Of a stretch of DNA of 64,000 bases, positions 1 through 10,362 are shown piece by piece. Position 1 is the stretch's first letter. Every line of letters begins with the position of its first letter. The position numbers and the translations under genes are program-made. The stretch lies in NCBI GenBank assembly GCA_963803145.1, contig CAWDLW010000008.1, positions 480,001-544,000 of the forward strand, read 5' to 3'. This DNA is from Methanotrichaceae archaeon (lineage in GTDB: Archaea; Halobacteriota; Methanosarcinia; Methanotrichales; Methanotrichaceae). The notes under the pieces are model-generated. The model worked only from the letters and a program-made list of their open reading frames with translations. It made no database searches and was not told the origin of the DNA.

Positions 1-793
1 TGATTCAGTGACAAGGCAAGTAATTGCGGAGGATCTTTTCGATTCGAAAGATGCCGACACCATCGAAAGTTTCCTCAGACGAAACCTCGATATTCATAAG
101 CCGATATTTATTGTCACAGACCTATACAGGAGATATAGTGATATCTTTAAGAAAGTCTTCGGCAATAAAGTGATCCACCAGTTATGCTTGCTCCACTTGA
201 ATAAGCTCATAGTTAACGATTTTCCTCGGAAAACAAGTATCAGACAGGAACTGGTTAAATACAGCTTACTTAATATTTTTTATAATCGTGAGCTTGAGAT
301 TGAGTTTCTTTCCTGCTTAATCGAAGAAGAGAAAGCCATGAGACAGAAGAGCGGCAAGGAGTATAAAGCCTGGATTAAGGAGGCGAAGCATGCATTTCAG
401 GACTTCGTTCACAATTTGGAATTGAAACGCAGAAGAGAAGATGGAAAATTGGAGCAGAGAAGTTATCATGATGCTTTAAATAATTTCAAATGCTTGATGA
501 AGGAATTCGACTCCTTCGAGATGACTGTAAGAAAGAGACTATTGAAAATCGAGGAGCACTGGCCAAATCTTACAGCGTTCTACTTTGTCGATAACGCTCC
601 AGCTACAAACAATCCCATAGAAAATTATTATTCAACGAGCCTCAAGACTCATAGAAAGAAGCAATTAGAGGAGCCAGGAATTGAAGACCTGATGAAACTC
701 TCAGCATTGAAAAGGTCTGGATTTTTTGGAAGACCTGAAAGAACGTTACTCGAAGCATTCTTTATGTTCATTCCTTTTCTAGATACTGGTTAA
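1..793 (+). mobile_element. DDE-type transposase, C-terminal part (probably cut by window start)
   Basis: IVTD...HQLCLLH (D plus CxxH) and TNNPIENYY motifs typical of DDE transposases; family not resolved. Confidence 0.7.
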
Positions 794-971
794 GTGGCGC
801 ATGGCCTATCAACCTAAATTAAAAACACTAGCCTTAGCCATTATCATTTAATAGAATGACTGTACTCTCCAACTTTTTCATAGCTTTATATTTATAGTTA
901 TATTTTCTTTTACCATTAAAATTAATTCTTGATACAAAATAGATTTATTTATAAAAGTATTTTACTATGTC

Positions 972-1304
972 ATGATCAAATTAGTTAAGATTCCATTACA
1001 GTTAGAGCCATTTCTAAAAGAATTTAAAGATTTATTCACCATACCGAGCTATAATTCTTTCTGTGATATGATTTCAGCACTGAGCGTATGTGATAAATCT
1101 AAGACCATCGCACACCTTAGTGATGCTATGGCAAAGGATCGAGAAGGTACGAAATCACGCTCTTCCTATAATTGGTTCTTTAGTGATGCAATCTGGGATG
1201 AGAACGAAGTAGCTCAGCGCAGTGCGGATCTATTTATAGAAGCTCTTCAGTTAAGTGCAAGGGACAAAATATTATTAATTATAGACGATACATATTTTCT
1301 TTAA
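972..1304 (+). pseudogene. IS701/IS4-like transposase N-terminal fragment
   Basis: Ends just after the first catalytic motif LLIIDDT; FFSDAIWD resembles IS701-type N-termini; only 110 aa. Confidence 0.6.
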
Positions 1305-1430
1305 TTGATTAACAAGGAATCTCTGGAAAGCGAAAGCAAAGGTCTGATTATTCAGATCAAAAGATCTGGATTAGGAAAATTAGATGATTTTCTAGATTTC
1401 GAAAACCGTTCGGAGTGCGACAAGAAGCAT

Positions 1431-1454
1431 GCCCCACCCTAAAGGGTGGGATTC
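1431..1454. repeat. Orphan IS200/IS605-type subterminal hairpin
   Basis: cccaccct-aa-agggtggg, same style as the tnpB element hairpins at 31558 and 32832. Confidence 0.4.
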
Positions 1455-1686
1455 TTGATTATAGGAAAGTCTTAAAATTTAAAACGTTTGTTACAGAGCA
1501 CTAATATTGTTTATGACATCATCAGATGCAAATTGGCGGAAGGATCCTAATGAAGAAGCATATATGGCTGATAACCCTCTCAGGTATACCTCAAGAGGTC
1601 CTTTGCGGAGAACCTATTGGAACGTACACCTTAGAGATTGGACATACACTTAAGACATATAAAATTTGTCAATTTTGGGGTTTTGT

Positions 1687-2949
1687 TCATAGGCTCGCGT
1701 AATAAAGACCCATTCCCTCAGCATTCGACCTATCATACACTCTTCTAGGATCAATTAATACAAGCTTCTCCTCTGTCAGATTTTTTAGTTCCTCAAGCCT
1801 AACTCTCTCAAATTCATTATGTTTTACCGTAACAATAATACAATCAAACTTAATATTTGGTTTTAGATCTTCAAGAGGTTTTACGCCGAAATTCTCTACT
1901 GTTTCTAACCCAATCAAAGGGTCGTACCCATAAACATCAGCATTATAGCTTTTTAGCTCATTTATCATCTCTCTAGCGGGACTTTCCCTTATATCCGGCA
2001 CATTCTCCTTATATGTTAATCCCATAATTAATATCTTCGATCCCTTTATCGCCTTTCCCACTTCATTTAGCCCCCTAATTGCTAGCTCTGCGATATGTTT
2101 GGGCATATAGTCATTCGTAGCCCTTCCAGCCAATATTACCTGGGGATGGGTCCCAAGCTCTCTGGCTTTGTAAACTAAATAATATGGATCCACAGGGATA
2201 CAATGCCCGCCAACCATTCCAGGATTAAGCCTTATAAAATTCCACTTTGTCCCAGCAGCCTTCAGCACCTCTTGAGTATCTAGCCCCATCTTTCCAAAGA
2301 TCGTGGCTAGCTCATTTATTAACGCTATGTTTATGTCTCGTTGTATGTTCTCAATCACCTTAGCTGCTTCAGCTGTCTTGATATTTTTAGCTACGTAGAC
2401 CTGAGTTACCAGACTATATAGCTCAGCTAGCTGGCTAGTGCTCTCATCATCCATGCCTGAGACTATTTTGGTTATCTTATCTAAGCTATGAGCTTCGTCT
2501 CCTGGGTTTACGCGTTCTGGGGAATAGCCCACCTTGAAATCTTGTCCGCATACCATACCTGACATCCGCTCAAGGATAGGCACAAGTATCTCCTCGGTAA
2601 CGCCTGGATAAACTGTGGACTCCAAGACTACTATTGCCCCCCTCTTCAAATTCTTACCTACCACCTCGGCTGCAGATCTTATTGGAATTAGATCGGGTTC
2701 CTTGTGCTTTGTAACCGGTGTTGGCACGCAAATTAAGATAAAATCAGCTTCTTTGATAAATGAAGGATCATCTGTGCATATAAGGCCGCCATTATGCCTA
2801 TTATAATTTTTGATTCTATTAATCTTCGACTGATCTATATCAAAGCCGATAGTTCGCAAATGCTTCGAAAAAGACTCAGCTAATGGCTGGCCAACATAGC
2901 CTAAACCAATAACACATACTATTTTACCCTCAAATTTTCCTGAAACCAT
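1687..2949 (-). CDS. UDP-N-acetyl-hexosamine (nucleotide-sugar) dehydrogenase, WecC/TviB/WbpO family
   Basis: GLGYVG Rossmann motif, CVPTP, ESTVYPG, YSPER, GGHCIPVDP (catalytic Cys), YKENVPDIRES. Confidence 0.93.
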   Translation of the reverse strand: MVSGKFEGKIVCVIGLGYVGQPLAESFSKHLRTIGFDIDQSKINRIKNYNRHNGGLICTDDPSFIKEADFILICVPTPVTKHKEPDLIPIRSAAEVVGKNLKRGAIVVLESTVYPGVTEEILVPILERMSGMVCGQDFKVGYSPERVNPGDEAHSLDKITKIVSGMDDESTSQLAELYSLVTQVYVAKNIKTAEAAKVIENIQRDINIALINELATIFGKMGLDTQEVLKAAGTKWNFIRLNPGMVGGHCIPVDPYYLVYKARELGTHPQVILAGRATNDYMPKHIAELAIRGLNEVGKAIKGSKILIMGLTYKENVPDIRESPAREMINELKSYNADVYGYDPLIGLETVENFGVKPLEDLKPNIKFDCIIVTVKHNEFERVRLEELKNLTEEKLVLIDPRRVYDRSNAEGMGLYYASL

Positions 2950-3866
2950 TGTATAGTCTCCCTTAATCCTAAATCTATATCATAACTGGGCTCATATCCC
3001 AAGTTTCTGCTAGCGGATGATATATCTGCTAAAGAATCTTTAATATCCCCAGGCCTAGGTTTATCATAGATTATATCTAAATGGTTGCCCGTAATCTCCA
3101 TTATCTTAAGGGCAAGCTCATACAAGCTTATTTGCCTCTGACAGGCTATATTAAATATGCCCTGAGTTTCGCTTTTGATTGCAAGAAGGTTTGCTTTTAC
3201 TACATCCTTAACAAATGTGAAGTCTCTAGTCTGACTGCCATCGCCGTAAATTGTAGGCGATTGATTATTTAGAATTCTTGTAATGAATATCGGTATTACT
3301 GCAGCATATTGTGACTTTGGATTCTGCTTAGGGCCAAACACATTGAAATATCGCAGACAAGTAGCGTGCAAACCATAAACCTCAGAAAAAACCCGGCAGT
3401 AGTGCTCACCAGTAAGCTTTGTCACTGCATAAGGTGATTTTGGATTAGGTTTCATATCCTCTTTTTTGGGTAAAGTTGGAGTATCGCCATACACCGATGA
3501 GGAGGAAGCAAAAATAAATTTCTTTACTCCACAGTCCTTAGCTGCCACAAGAGCGCTCAGCGTTCCATCGATATTCGCTACATTTGATGATATAGGATCG
3601 CTTACGGAACGCTGAACCGAAGGAAGGGCAGCCTGATGGAATACGCACTCCGCATCAATGAACGCCTGCTTAAGCATGTTCAGGTCAGTTATGGAGCCCT
3701 TAATAAACTGGATATTTGATATGCCTTCGAGGTTCTCAATTCGGCCTGTTGAGAGGTCATCAATTACTATGACATCATATTGGGCAGATAACTCCTGTAC
3801 TAGATTAGAACCTATGAATCCGGCTCCACCTGTTACGATTACTTTTTTTCGTATCAATAAGATCAC
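2919..3866 (-). CDS. NAD-dependent epimerase/dehydratase (UDP-GlcNAc 4-epimerase-like)
   Basis: TGGAGFIGS, FASSSSVYG, YAVTK (YxxxK), LRYFNVFGP; overlaps the dehydrogenase start. Confidence 0.93.
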   Translation of the reverse strand: MILLIRKKVIVTGGAGFIGSNLVQELSAQYDVIVIDDLSTGRIENLEGISNIQFIKGSITDLNMLKQAFIDAECVFHQAALPSVQRSVSDPISSNVANIDGTLSALVAAKDCGVKKFIFASSSSVYGDTPTLPKKEDMKPNPKSPYAVTKLTGEHYCRVFSEVYGLHATCLRYFNVFGPKQNPKSQYAAVIPIFITRILNNQSPTIYGDGSQTRDFTFVKDVVKANLLAIKSETQGIFNIACQRQISLYELALKIMEITGNHLDIIYDKPRPGDIKDSLADISSASRNLGYEPSYDIDLGLRETIQWFQENLRVK

Positions 3867-4077
3867 TATTAATCTAATTTAAATCGTTCGCTGGATCAAG
3901 GAAATATCATCCCTCACACCCTGTTCTTGCGCTCATACACCGTTCTGAAAACCACAGACGCCGCAAGGATAATCAAGCGATACTCAACACCCCAGCCTCG
4001 GGAATATTATAAAAATCCGCCTTATATCCCTAAGGCCCCATCAAAACCCTAGACCCAGTTTTCCTCATAGCCAGTGG

Positions 4078-4440
4078 TCATAGGAACCGATACCTATCGC
4101 TTTGAACCAGTGCATCCAGTACGAAATGTGCCCCGAACCCATAGCCGAAAAGACAAATAAATCCATAAACCTGACTCCAAGAGGATGCAGCAGAAATGAG
4201 ACCCCACTGCATAATCATTAGCATAGTCAGTGCATGGAAGTCGCCATGTGATATGGGCGATCCGTAGATAAGCAATGTGATCCCTGCCTTCCTCAGCAGG
4301 CCATGTGCAATGACACCGATATCCGGCGCATAGGCGCTGAGAATGATGACCCAGGAGTACTCCCTCTCGGTGGGCCCTCCGTTGATCATGCCGAAGAAGA
4401 TGGCGATTGCAATGGAGTAGATCGGGTGTTCAAAAAGCAA
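4078..4440 (-). pseudogene. Membrane metal-dependent hydrolase (YdjM-like), short or degraded
   Basis: APD..., HGDFH and H..LD motifs; a related fragment lies at about 18355-18508. Confidence 0.55.
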
Positions 4441-4568
4441 TCAATTTGTCTCCTCACATTTCCGCTTCCTTCCAGCCATTTCATCCGTGTTTATACTTTT
4501 TAGTTTATCGCTTGTTTACAGATGGATGCACTCTTCCATAGTAGTGGGAATCGTCCATCTTATCCTCA

Positions 4569-4733
4569 TCAATCTCACCACTTATATTTCTGGAATCTTC
4601 TTCCGGAGAAGAGTTAGGAGCAGCCCCACGGGCGTTGTAGGGCGCTAGTAAAGCCTTTAGCATTAGCCCCAGATAGGAAATGTAGTATCTTAAATTAGCT
4701 GCAGCCCCCAAACGTAAAATCAGGATGGTTCTA
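4569..4733. repeat. Repeat R copy 0 (degenerate)
   Basis: tcaatctcacca...gagttaggagcagccccacgggcgttgtagggcgctagtaaagcc...ttagccccaga aligns to the R consensus. Confidence 0.7.
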
Positions 4734-4838
4734 TAATATCATCTTGGATTGAATTCTCTTGAAGAACGTTATTTTGTGAATTAATAAATATTTAGGAACT
4801 AAGAGCAGAAAAATATACAATAAAAAAATTAGTGAAGC

Positions 4839-5678
4839 TTAAAGCTGCATAAATATCGCTATAGCATCATTCATCTTCTTGAGCCCAAGTAGCGCATTCA
4901 TCTTATTTATTTGTGCCTGGCTGTTAGACGGATCGATTGTTAGCGTGGCATTAAACGCCTGTATAGCATCAGCGTAATTTCCGGCTGCCATTAGAGCGAA
5001 ACCTTCAGCGTTATACGCCTGTGTATAGTTTCGATCAATCTTCAGAACCTGATCGAAGTTCTGCACTGCCTTGGCGGATTCACCTGCGGCCATAAGTGAG
5101 ACACCTTGCTTATAAAGGGCATCTTTACTCTTCGGATCAAGAGCTAGGACCTGATTGTATCTCACGATGGACTCGTTGTACCTTCCTAATTTCTGAAGAA
5201 GATTGCCCTCCCTTTGCCAATTGGCCTTATTATTTGGTGCTAGCATCGTTGTTTCGTTTGCTGCTGTATAAGCGTTGGAATAATCCTTGAGTGCATTATA
5301 ATCAGCATATAAGCCTGACCAGGCATCCGCATTGTTTTTATCGATCGTCGCGGCCTTGCTGTATGATTGCACAGATGCATTATAATTTTTCAAAGCCCTC
5401 TGAGCATCGCCCATATGTACCCAGCCATCTGTGTAGCTGGCATTTTGAGCAACTGCCTTACTAAAGTACTCAAGGGCACCTGTATAGTTGTTGGCTGCAT
5501 ACAGCTTACCTCCCTTCCAATCAAAGTAGTCTGCCTCCTGAGCAAAACAGATAGCACTCAAGATACAAAAGCACACCATTACACCTAATATTTTCAAGAT
5601 AACTCCTCCTGAACCTCCTATAGGGTCCAAGTGTTTGGATAATATTGAATGCATATTAAGCCTTCGGCTATAACTCAA
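4839..5678 (-). CDS. Secreted TPR-repeat protein
   Basis: Signal-like segment (CILSAICFA) then TPR repeats; paralog of 26241-27002 and 27046-27804; true start probably downstream of the ORF start. Confidence 0.85.
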   Translation of the reverse strand: MSYSRRLNMHSILSKHLDPIGGSGGVILKILGVMVCFCILSAICFAQEADYFDWKGGKLYAANNYTGALEYFSKAVAQNASYTDGWVHMGDAQRALKNYNASVQSYSKAATIDKNNADAWSGLYADYNALKDYSNAYTAANETTMLAPNNKANWQREGNLLQKLGRYNESIVRYNQVLALDPKSKDALYKQGVSLMAAGESAKAVQNFDQVLKIDRNYTQAYNAEGFALMAAGNYADAIQAFNATLTIDPSNSQAQINKMNALLGLKKMNDAIAIFMQL

Positions 5679-5890
5679 TTGCTAACCTTATAAGCCATTA
5701 TGACCCGAGTATATTGTCAAAGTTATCCGCCTCCTGAGCTATACAGATAGCGCTCAGGAGGAAAAGCATATAATTACGCATAACATCTTTAGGACTTACC
5801 CTCTACAATTTAGCCATGTTCTTTATAGCCCCTAAGCTTAACATCAATGATATTAGCCCATTATGCAACACAGCATCCTGGAGTGAAATC

Positions 5891-6262
5891 TCACGATATA
5901 TGCCTTAGCGGTCTATTCGCTATTGTAAAACTTCGTCCATTTTCGCCGATCATTTTCAGAGCTTTAGCAGCACTTAACCGCACGTTGCTATCTTTATCTT
6001 TTGCGAGCACCTGGAGCAGTGGCATTCTAGCTTTTGTATCTACAATCTCCCCAAGAGCATCAGCAGATCCACCTCGAACTGCGCTATTATCGTTTTGGAG
6101 TGCCTGAATCAACGGATCTATTGCAGGTTTTCCAATTCCTGCGAGAGCTTTGTAGCTGCTATTCGAACATCGCTATCGTTATCCCCTAGCACCCGAATTA
6201 AAGGATCGATAGCTCTAATATCTTGTATATTCCCAAGCGAATGTGCAGCCTCCGCTCGCACT
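5891..6262 (-). pseudogene. HEAT/PBS-repeat protein C-terminal fragment
   Basis: Nearly identical to the C-terminus of 25013-26158 (IQALQN.NSAV.GG.ADALGEI); frameshifted, N-terminus absent. Confidence 0.8.
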
Positions 6263-6489
6263 TTATTAAACAGCTGAGTTATGCTTATCTTATATCAGCT
6301 AGTTAGTTTTTCTTTGTGCCTTGCTATGAAAAACATTCGATTATCGCTATCTAGCGACCATTTTTCATTCTTCGGGCACGATTCAACCCTTACCTGAGAA
6401 TCATAGTGTTTTGTGTCTTCGTGGTGATCGTCCGTCGTTTATTTAACTGCCAAGCCAACAGCATTTCACCATTTAGCCTTGGCACAACC

Positions 6490-7233
6490 TCAAAGAGAGA
6501 AACCCTCCAGATTTATCTCATCCAACCGGACCGACCCATTGACCGCCTTGGCGCTCATCTCATATTTCCCGGATGGAAATCCCGTCATATTAACGCCAAT
6601 GTTGAAGTTGCCGTTCACGATCACCTTTTTGATCAGCGTCATGGTCAGGTTCACCCTGGAAGCATTCTCCGCAGCATCACCGAAGATTTTGATCTGATAG
6701 CCCCCAGGCGATAGCATATCGTTAGTAGTAGTCGCTGTGCCGTTACTACCTGCCTCGACCTGCGAGGTGACCCATATTCTCGTGAATTCAGGCTTAAAGA
6801 CCATGCTCGAGTTCTGATAGCTTCCCTGATCCATCTGTTCACCAATGTTCAGGTTCTTCACCTTGCTTGCAGATACTGCAAAGTTGTTGGGCTTTCCAGG
6901 AATGTAGACGCCGGGGAGAGTATAGCTATAGCCGCTTTTGCCTGGGTTTGAGGTCACATTGAAGCCCTCGATGGGAGGAATGTGGATGCCGACAAGGTCG
7001 TAGCTGTAGCTGCCCTCGAATACCGGGGTTGTATCCTGGATTGTGAAGTTTAGGAGAAGCTCGCCTGAGCCTACTCCCGAGATCCTCATCTCGCCGGGTG
7101 TGAGTCCCACGCATGAGAGCAGGATGCAAATTACTGCCAATGACCTCAGGATTGTAGGGCGCTGCCTGCTTTTCAAAGCTGTCGCTTGCCGGCTGTTGCG
7201 ATCATCTTCGTTTCGTCTCCATATTCCCTTCAA
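6490..7233 (-). CDS. Secreted hypothetical protein (paralog of 23832-24590)
   Basis: Signal-like segment LAVICILLSCVG; long near-identical stretches with 23832-24590; 5' end abuts repeat R1. Confidence 0.75.
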   Translation of the reverse strand: MKGIWRRNEDDRNSRQATALKSRQRPTILRSLAVICILLSCVGLTPGEMRISGVGSGELLLNFTIQDTTPVFEGSYSYDLVGIHIPPIEGFNVTSNPGKSGYSYTLPGVYIPGKPNNFAVSASKVKNLNIGEQMDQGSYQNSSMVFKPEFTRIWVTSQVEAGSNGTATTTNDMLSPGGYQIKIFGDAAENASRVNLTMTLIKKVIVNGNFNIGVNMTGFPSGKYEMSAKAVNGSVRLDEINLEGFSL

Positions 7234-7340
7234 CCTTATCGCCCTTATTTCAGGAAACCTTCCCCCAGCGAGGGGCTAGGGGTAGCCCGTCCGGCGACTG
7301 AGGATGCTTGGAAACCCCTAGTTATAGCCCCAGAAGATAA
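7230..7340. repeat. Repeat R copy 1
   Basis: tcaaccttatcgcc...ccttcccccagcgaggggctaggggtagcccgtccggcgactgaggatgc...gttatagccccaga. Confidence 0.9.
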
Positions 7341-7374
7341 CCTTACAGTGCCAATCTGAAAAGCTAAGAAATAC

Positions 7375-7609
7375 TCATGTTGCTGAGAGCCAATCCTCAC
7401 GAGAGATTCCGCCTTCGTGGAGGATCTGGAGTAACAGCTTCACACCGATGTCTTTCCCATGGTGTGGATTTGGGATGCTGACATACACCCGCCCTTCGGC
7501 CAGCTCTCTGACCATATAGGCATGATCCGACCCAGGATAAGGTCCCTGAAAACCTAACTTCCTGAGCCTTCGGATAAGCTCATTTCTGGTAACAGGAAGA
7601 AGCCTGAGA
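7375..7609 (-). pseudogene. hicA: HicA toxin lacking an obvious start codon
   Basis: Manual translation LRLLPVTRNELIRRLRKLGFQGPYPGSDHAYMV...IPNPHHGKDIGVKLLLQILHEGGISREDWLSAT*; no in-frame start codon found just upstream. Confidence 0.75.
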
Positions 7610-7856
7610 CTTTGGCTATCGGCTCCGTAGAGACATCAATAGTGATGCCATCTATAGCGGGAACTGTATCACCCATCTTAAGCCGGAGAGCTATCCAACC
7701 TTCGATAACCCCAATGAGGTCCTCGCGGCATTCCTCGATTGTGTCACCTATAGCTATCACACCCCGAAGGCCATCTACAGTGGCCATATAGGTGCCGTCC
7801 TCAAGCGTCTCATATTTAGCATGTCTTAAAGCTGCCTGAATGTATTCTGCAAACAT
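7554..7856 (-). CDS. hicB: HicB antitoxin (runs on into hicA)
   Basis: EDGTYMATVDGLRGVIAIGDTIEECREDL HicB signature. Confidence 0.85.
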   Translation of the reverse strand: MFAEYIQAALRHAKYETLEDGTYMATVDGLRGVIAIGDTIEECREDLIGVIEGWIALRLKMGDTVPAIDGITIDVSTEPIAKVSGFFLLPEMSLSEGSGS

Positions 7857-8315
7857 ATCAAGATCTTATTGTACCTCGAAGGGATTTAACATTGATTGCC
7901 CTTTATGAATTGTGGTTGATAGTTCGTCGTTTGTTTAGTTGTTACGCCAGTAGCCTTTCACAGCACGGGTATAAAGAGATAATTCCTCACTAATATGTTA
8001 GTTAAATTCGTTCGTCTTTGTGCCTTCGTGGTGATCATCCGTCTTTGTTTATATATAATCCAATGTTTTTCGTCGTTCTTGGTGTCTTTGTGCCTTTGTG
8101 TTTGGCTGTCACTGAACGCTCACCACAAAGACACGAAGGCACAAAGAACTGAATTGGGAGCTTGAATTTATTGGGCGATTAGTCAAAAGAAAGACTATAA
8201 TTCCTGCAAGAGCTTTTGTGGCTGCCTTATGAACACAGGTATCATTATCTTCTGGTGCCCTTTCCGGCAAAGTCGACCTCAATTTAAAGATCCGGTATCT
8301 TTGCGATTACGAATT

Positions 8316-8409
8316 CACTACAGAGACTCAAAGGCGCAGAGAGACTTTAACATTATCTGGACTCTCTCCAAGCGTTTCGTTCTCTGTGTCTCCGTGCCTC
8401 TGTGGTGAG
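8316..8409. repeat. Palindromic CACAGAG(G/A)CACAGAG-type element
   Basis: cactacagagactcaaaggcgcagaga ... tctctgtgtctccgtgcctctgtggtg; relatives at 8080-8146, 8474-8606, 15140-15232, 16495-16572, 21711-21738. Confidence 0.7.
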
Positions 8410-8580
8410 CTTGTTCGTTCTGCTGTTGATTAAAGTAGGCTGTATGTTTGATAACTGAGCTAACGACTTCTCATCACAAAGGCACAAAGACACAAAGGAC
8501 GCGAGAAAGAACTATTATCTTGACATTTTGTCTTGGCTATGTTCCTTTCTTCCAGCTAAATCGTCGTCTTTGTGAGTTCT

Positions 8581-8766
8581 TTGTGCCCTTTGCGTCTTCG
8601 TAGTGATCGTTCGCTGTTTGCTTATAATTCTGAATGGTTGTCATTCCATACGGCCGGAAATCACTAATCCAGTTCCAATCAACCTTATCGCCTATATCCA
8701 GAACCTTCCCCCGGATAGGGGGTAGGGGCTAGGGGCAAACTGCCAGGGCGATTGAGCGCGCTATTA
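8581..8766. repeat. Repeat R copy 2 (left arm plus core, right arm missing)
   Basis: tcaaccttatcgcc at 8679, ccttcccccggataggggg, ggcgattgagcgcgcta; directly abuts the PIN gene stop codon. Confidence 0.85.
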
Positions 8767-8767
8767 T

Positions 8768-9196
8768 TCAATCGTCTATGTCCAGAATCTCTGCGATAGC
8801 TTTCGTGATACCCCATACCTTGATTATCTCTGCTTCCCGAATCGTCCTGAAATGGTTATCGTTGGTTATCAAGATGGCACCAGTCTCAAGACAAGTGGCA
8901 GCATGAACTATATCGGCATACTGGCCTTCAGGAAAGAACGGCCGGCAGGCCTCTAGGCTCTTATGTGAGGGATCTACAAGGCGAGTTCTGTTATGAATGA
9001 GCTCATAGAGATGATAGAAACCAAGGAATCTATGAATATACTTCTCATATTCAAGCAGGAGCTCATCGTTCACAAACAGCTCTGCATCGCTCAGCAATAG
9101 AGCCGTAAGTAGATCCGTGCTTCTAGTCCAGCCGCTCTTTACAGCTGCAATGACCAGATTGTTATCTAGAACGAACCTCGAATCTCTTCTTAGCAA
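8768..9196 (-). CDS. PIN-domain (VapC-like) toxin
   Basis: FVLDNN, E, D..H and ITNDNHF PIN motifs; overlaps an AbrB gene. Confidence 0.85.
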   Translation of the reverse strand: MLRRDSRFVLDNNLVIAAVKSGWTRSTDLLTALLLSDAELFVNDELLLEYEKYIHRFLGFYHLYELIHNRTRLVDPSHKSLEACRPFFPEGQYADIVHAATCLETGAILITNDNHFRTIREAEIIKVWGITKAIAEILDIDD

Positions 9197-9425
9197 GACG
9201 ATTGCTTTCCTCCTCGATATCTTGCTCGATCTTGCCGTGATCCATGCCTTTTGCCTTTTCTATGGCCTCCTCAAGCATAGATCTTAGATCAATCTTCTTG
9301 ACGATGAATGTGCCTTCTCCCAAAGAGTCTATAGCGAACTCGTCTCCCTCCTTCAGATTCGCCTTCCGTCTGAGATCGCTCGGCAGCAGGATTCTCCCTT
9401 TATCATCTAGCTTTGTAACTGGCAT
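9162..9425 (-). CDS. AbrB/MazE-family antitoxin
   Basis: KLDDKGRILLPSDLRRKANLKEGD AbrB signature. Confidence 0.9.
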   Translation of the reverse strand: MPVTKLDDKGRILLPSDLRRKANLKEGDEFAIDSLGEGTFIVKKIDLRSMLEEAIEKAKGMDHGKIEQDIEEESNRLAKKRFEVRSR

Positions 9426-9620
9426 ATGAGATAATCACCATTTCTCCCACATATGGACTTTATGGTATAAGAAGATATCAGCATGAGATATACATGAAGA
9501 TAATTTCATTCATCTTTGTGGCTGATAGTTCGTTGTTTAGTTGTTATGCCAATTACCTTTCATAATACAGGTATAATGAAATGATTCCTCTCCAATATGT
9601 TATTTAAATTCGCGCACCTT

Positions 9621-9860
9621 TGTGCCTCTGTGCCTTCGTGGTGATCATCCGTCTTTGTTTATAATCACAGCCAGACATCCTCTTCCATACAGGCAAGAAT
9701 CTTGTCCCCGTCAACCTTATTGCCCTTATTTCCGGAAAACTTCCCCCAGCGAGGGGTTATGGGCAACCCGTGGGTTGCGGGTAGCCCGTCCGGCGATTGA
9801 GGACGCCAGTAAAACCGCTAGTAGTAGACCCAAACGAGAAAGCCAGCGCAATTCTGTAAT
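9621..9860. repeat. Repeat R copy 3 (near-full unit)
   Basis: Left arm gtgccttcgtggtgatcatccg...cagccagacatcctcttccatacaggcaagaat, core from 9711, right arm cccaaacgagaaag. Confidence 0.9.
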
Positions 9861-9861
9861 T

Positions 9862-9970
9862 TTAGAAAATCTTTACATGTATTACCAAAAGCTGGATGTT
9901 CGAAAGCCGAATATAGAAATATATTAGTATCGATGAAAATTCTCTCGCCTGGTGGGACTTCTGATAGCAT
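9862..9970 (-). pseudogene. PIN/VapC toxin truncated at repeat R3
   Basis: Manual translation MLSEVPPGERIFIDTNIFLYSAFEHPAFGNTCKDFLK, then runs into R3. Confidence 0.75.
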
Positions 9971-10158
9971 TAGTCCCATATCTCCATATCTATGATCTCG
10001 TCTGCGAGCTCTTTGGGGATCTTCATCTTGCCGTGAAATTCTTCAACGGGATTCTTTTTAACTTCTATTTCGACCTCTTCACCTTCCTTCAAGTTCAGAT
10101 CTCCAAGCGGCCTTAATATATTGCATTCGTAGACGGCTCTCACTTTCATGAAAATCAC
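9970..10158 (-). CDS. AF2212-like (DUF104) antitoxin
   Basis: VRAVYE..ILRPL..LNLKEGEEVEIEV; translationally coupled to the truncated PIN gene. Confidence 0.85.
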   Translation of the reverse strand: MIFMKVRAVYECNILRPLGDLNLKEGEEVEIEVKKNPVEEFHGKMKIPKELADEIIDMEIWD

Positions 10159-10228
10159 GCTATAAATTATCGCCCTGGTAGTTCTTAAAGCATTTGGCAG
10201 TATTCAGAAATCAATCATCAAGTCCAGT

Positions 10229-10324
10229 TCGACCTTGAAGCATATGTTCCTGGAACCTTTTGCCGTCGAGGGGTTAGGGACAGCCCGCACGGGCGTTGGA
10301 GCGCGCTAGTAAAACCATTATTTT
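10229..10324. repeat. Repeat R copy 4, left part (interrupted by IS110)
   Basis: gaggggttagggacagcccgcacgggcgttggagcgcgctagtaaaaccatta; resumes at 11858 with ttttagcctcagaaga. Confidence 0.85.
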
Positions 10325-10362
10325 CCCATGAAAAACCTTCCTCAATTAAAAGAAATGGTGTG

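Noticed and set aside
7224-7340. Canonical integron attC
   Set aside because: AAC and GTT triplets exist, but I could not find complementary RYYYAAC/GTTRRRY ends closing one long hairpin, and there is no intI in the window. IntegronFinder would settle this.
9622-9927. ORFs over repeats (also 4505-4711, 16666-16860, 16934-17134) and the many short antisense ORFs
   Set aside because: They are translations of repeat R or B, or shadows of real genes; frames are not conserved between copies.
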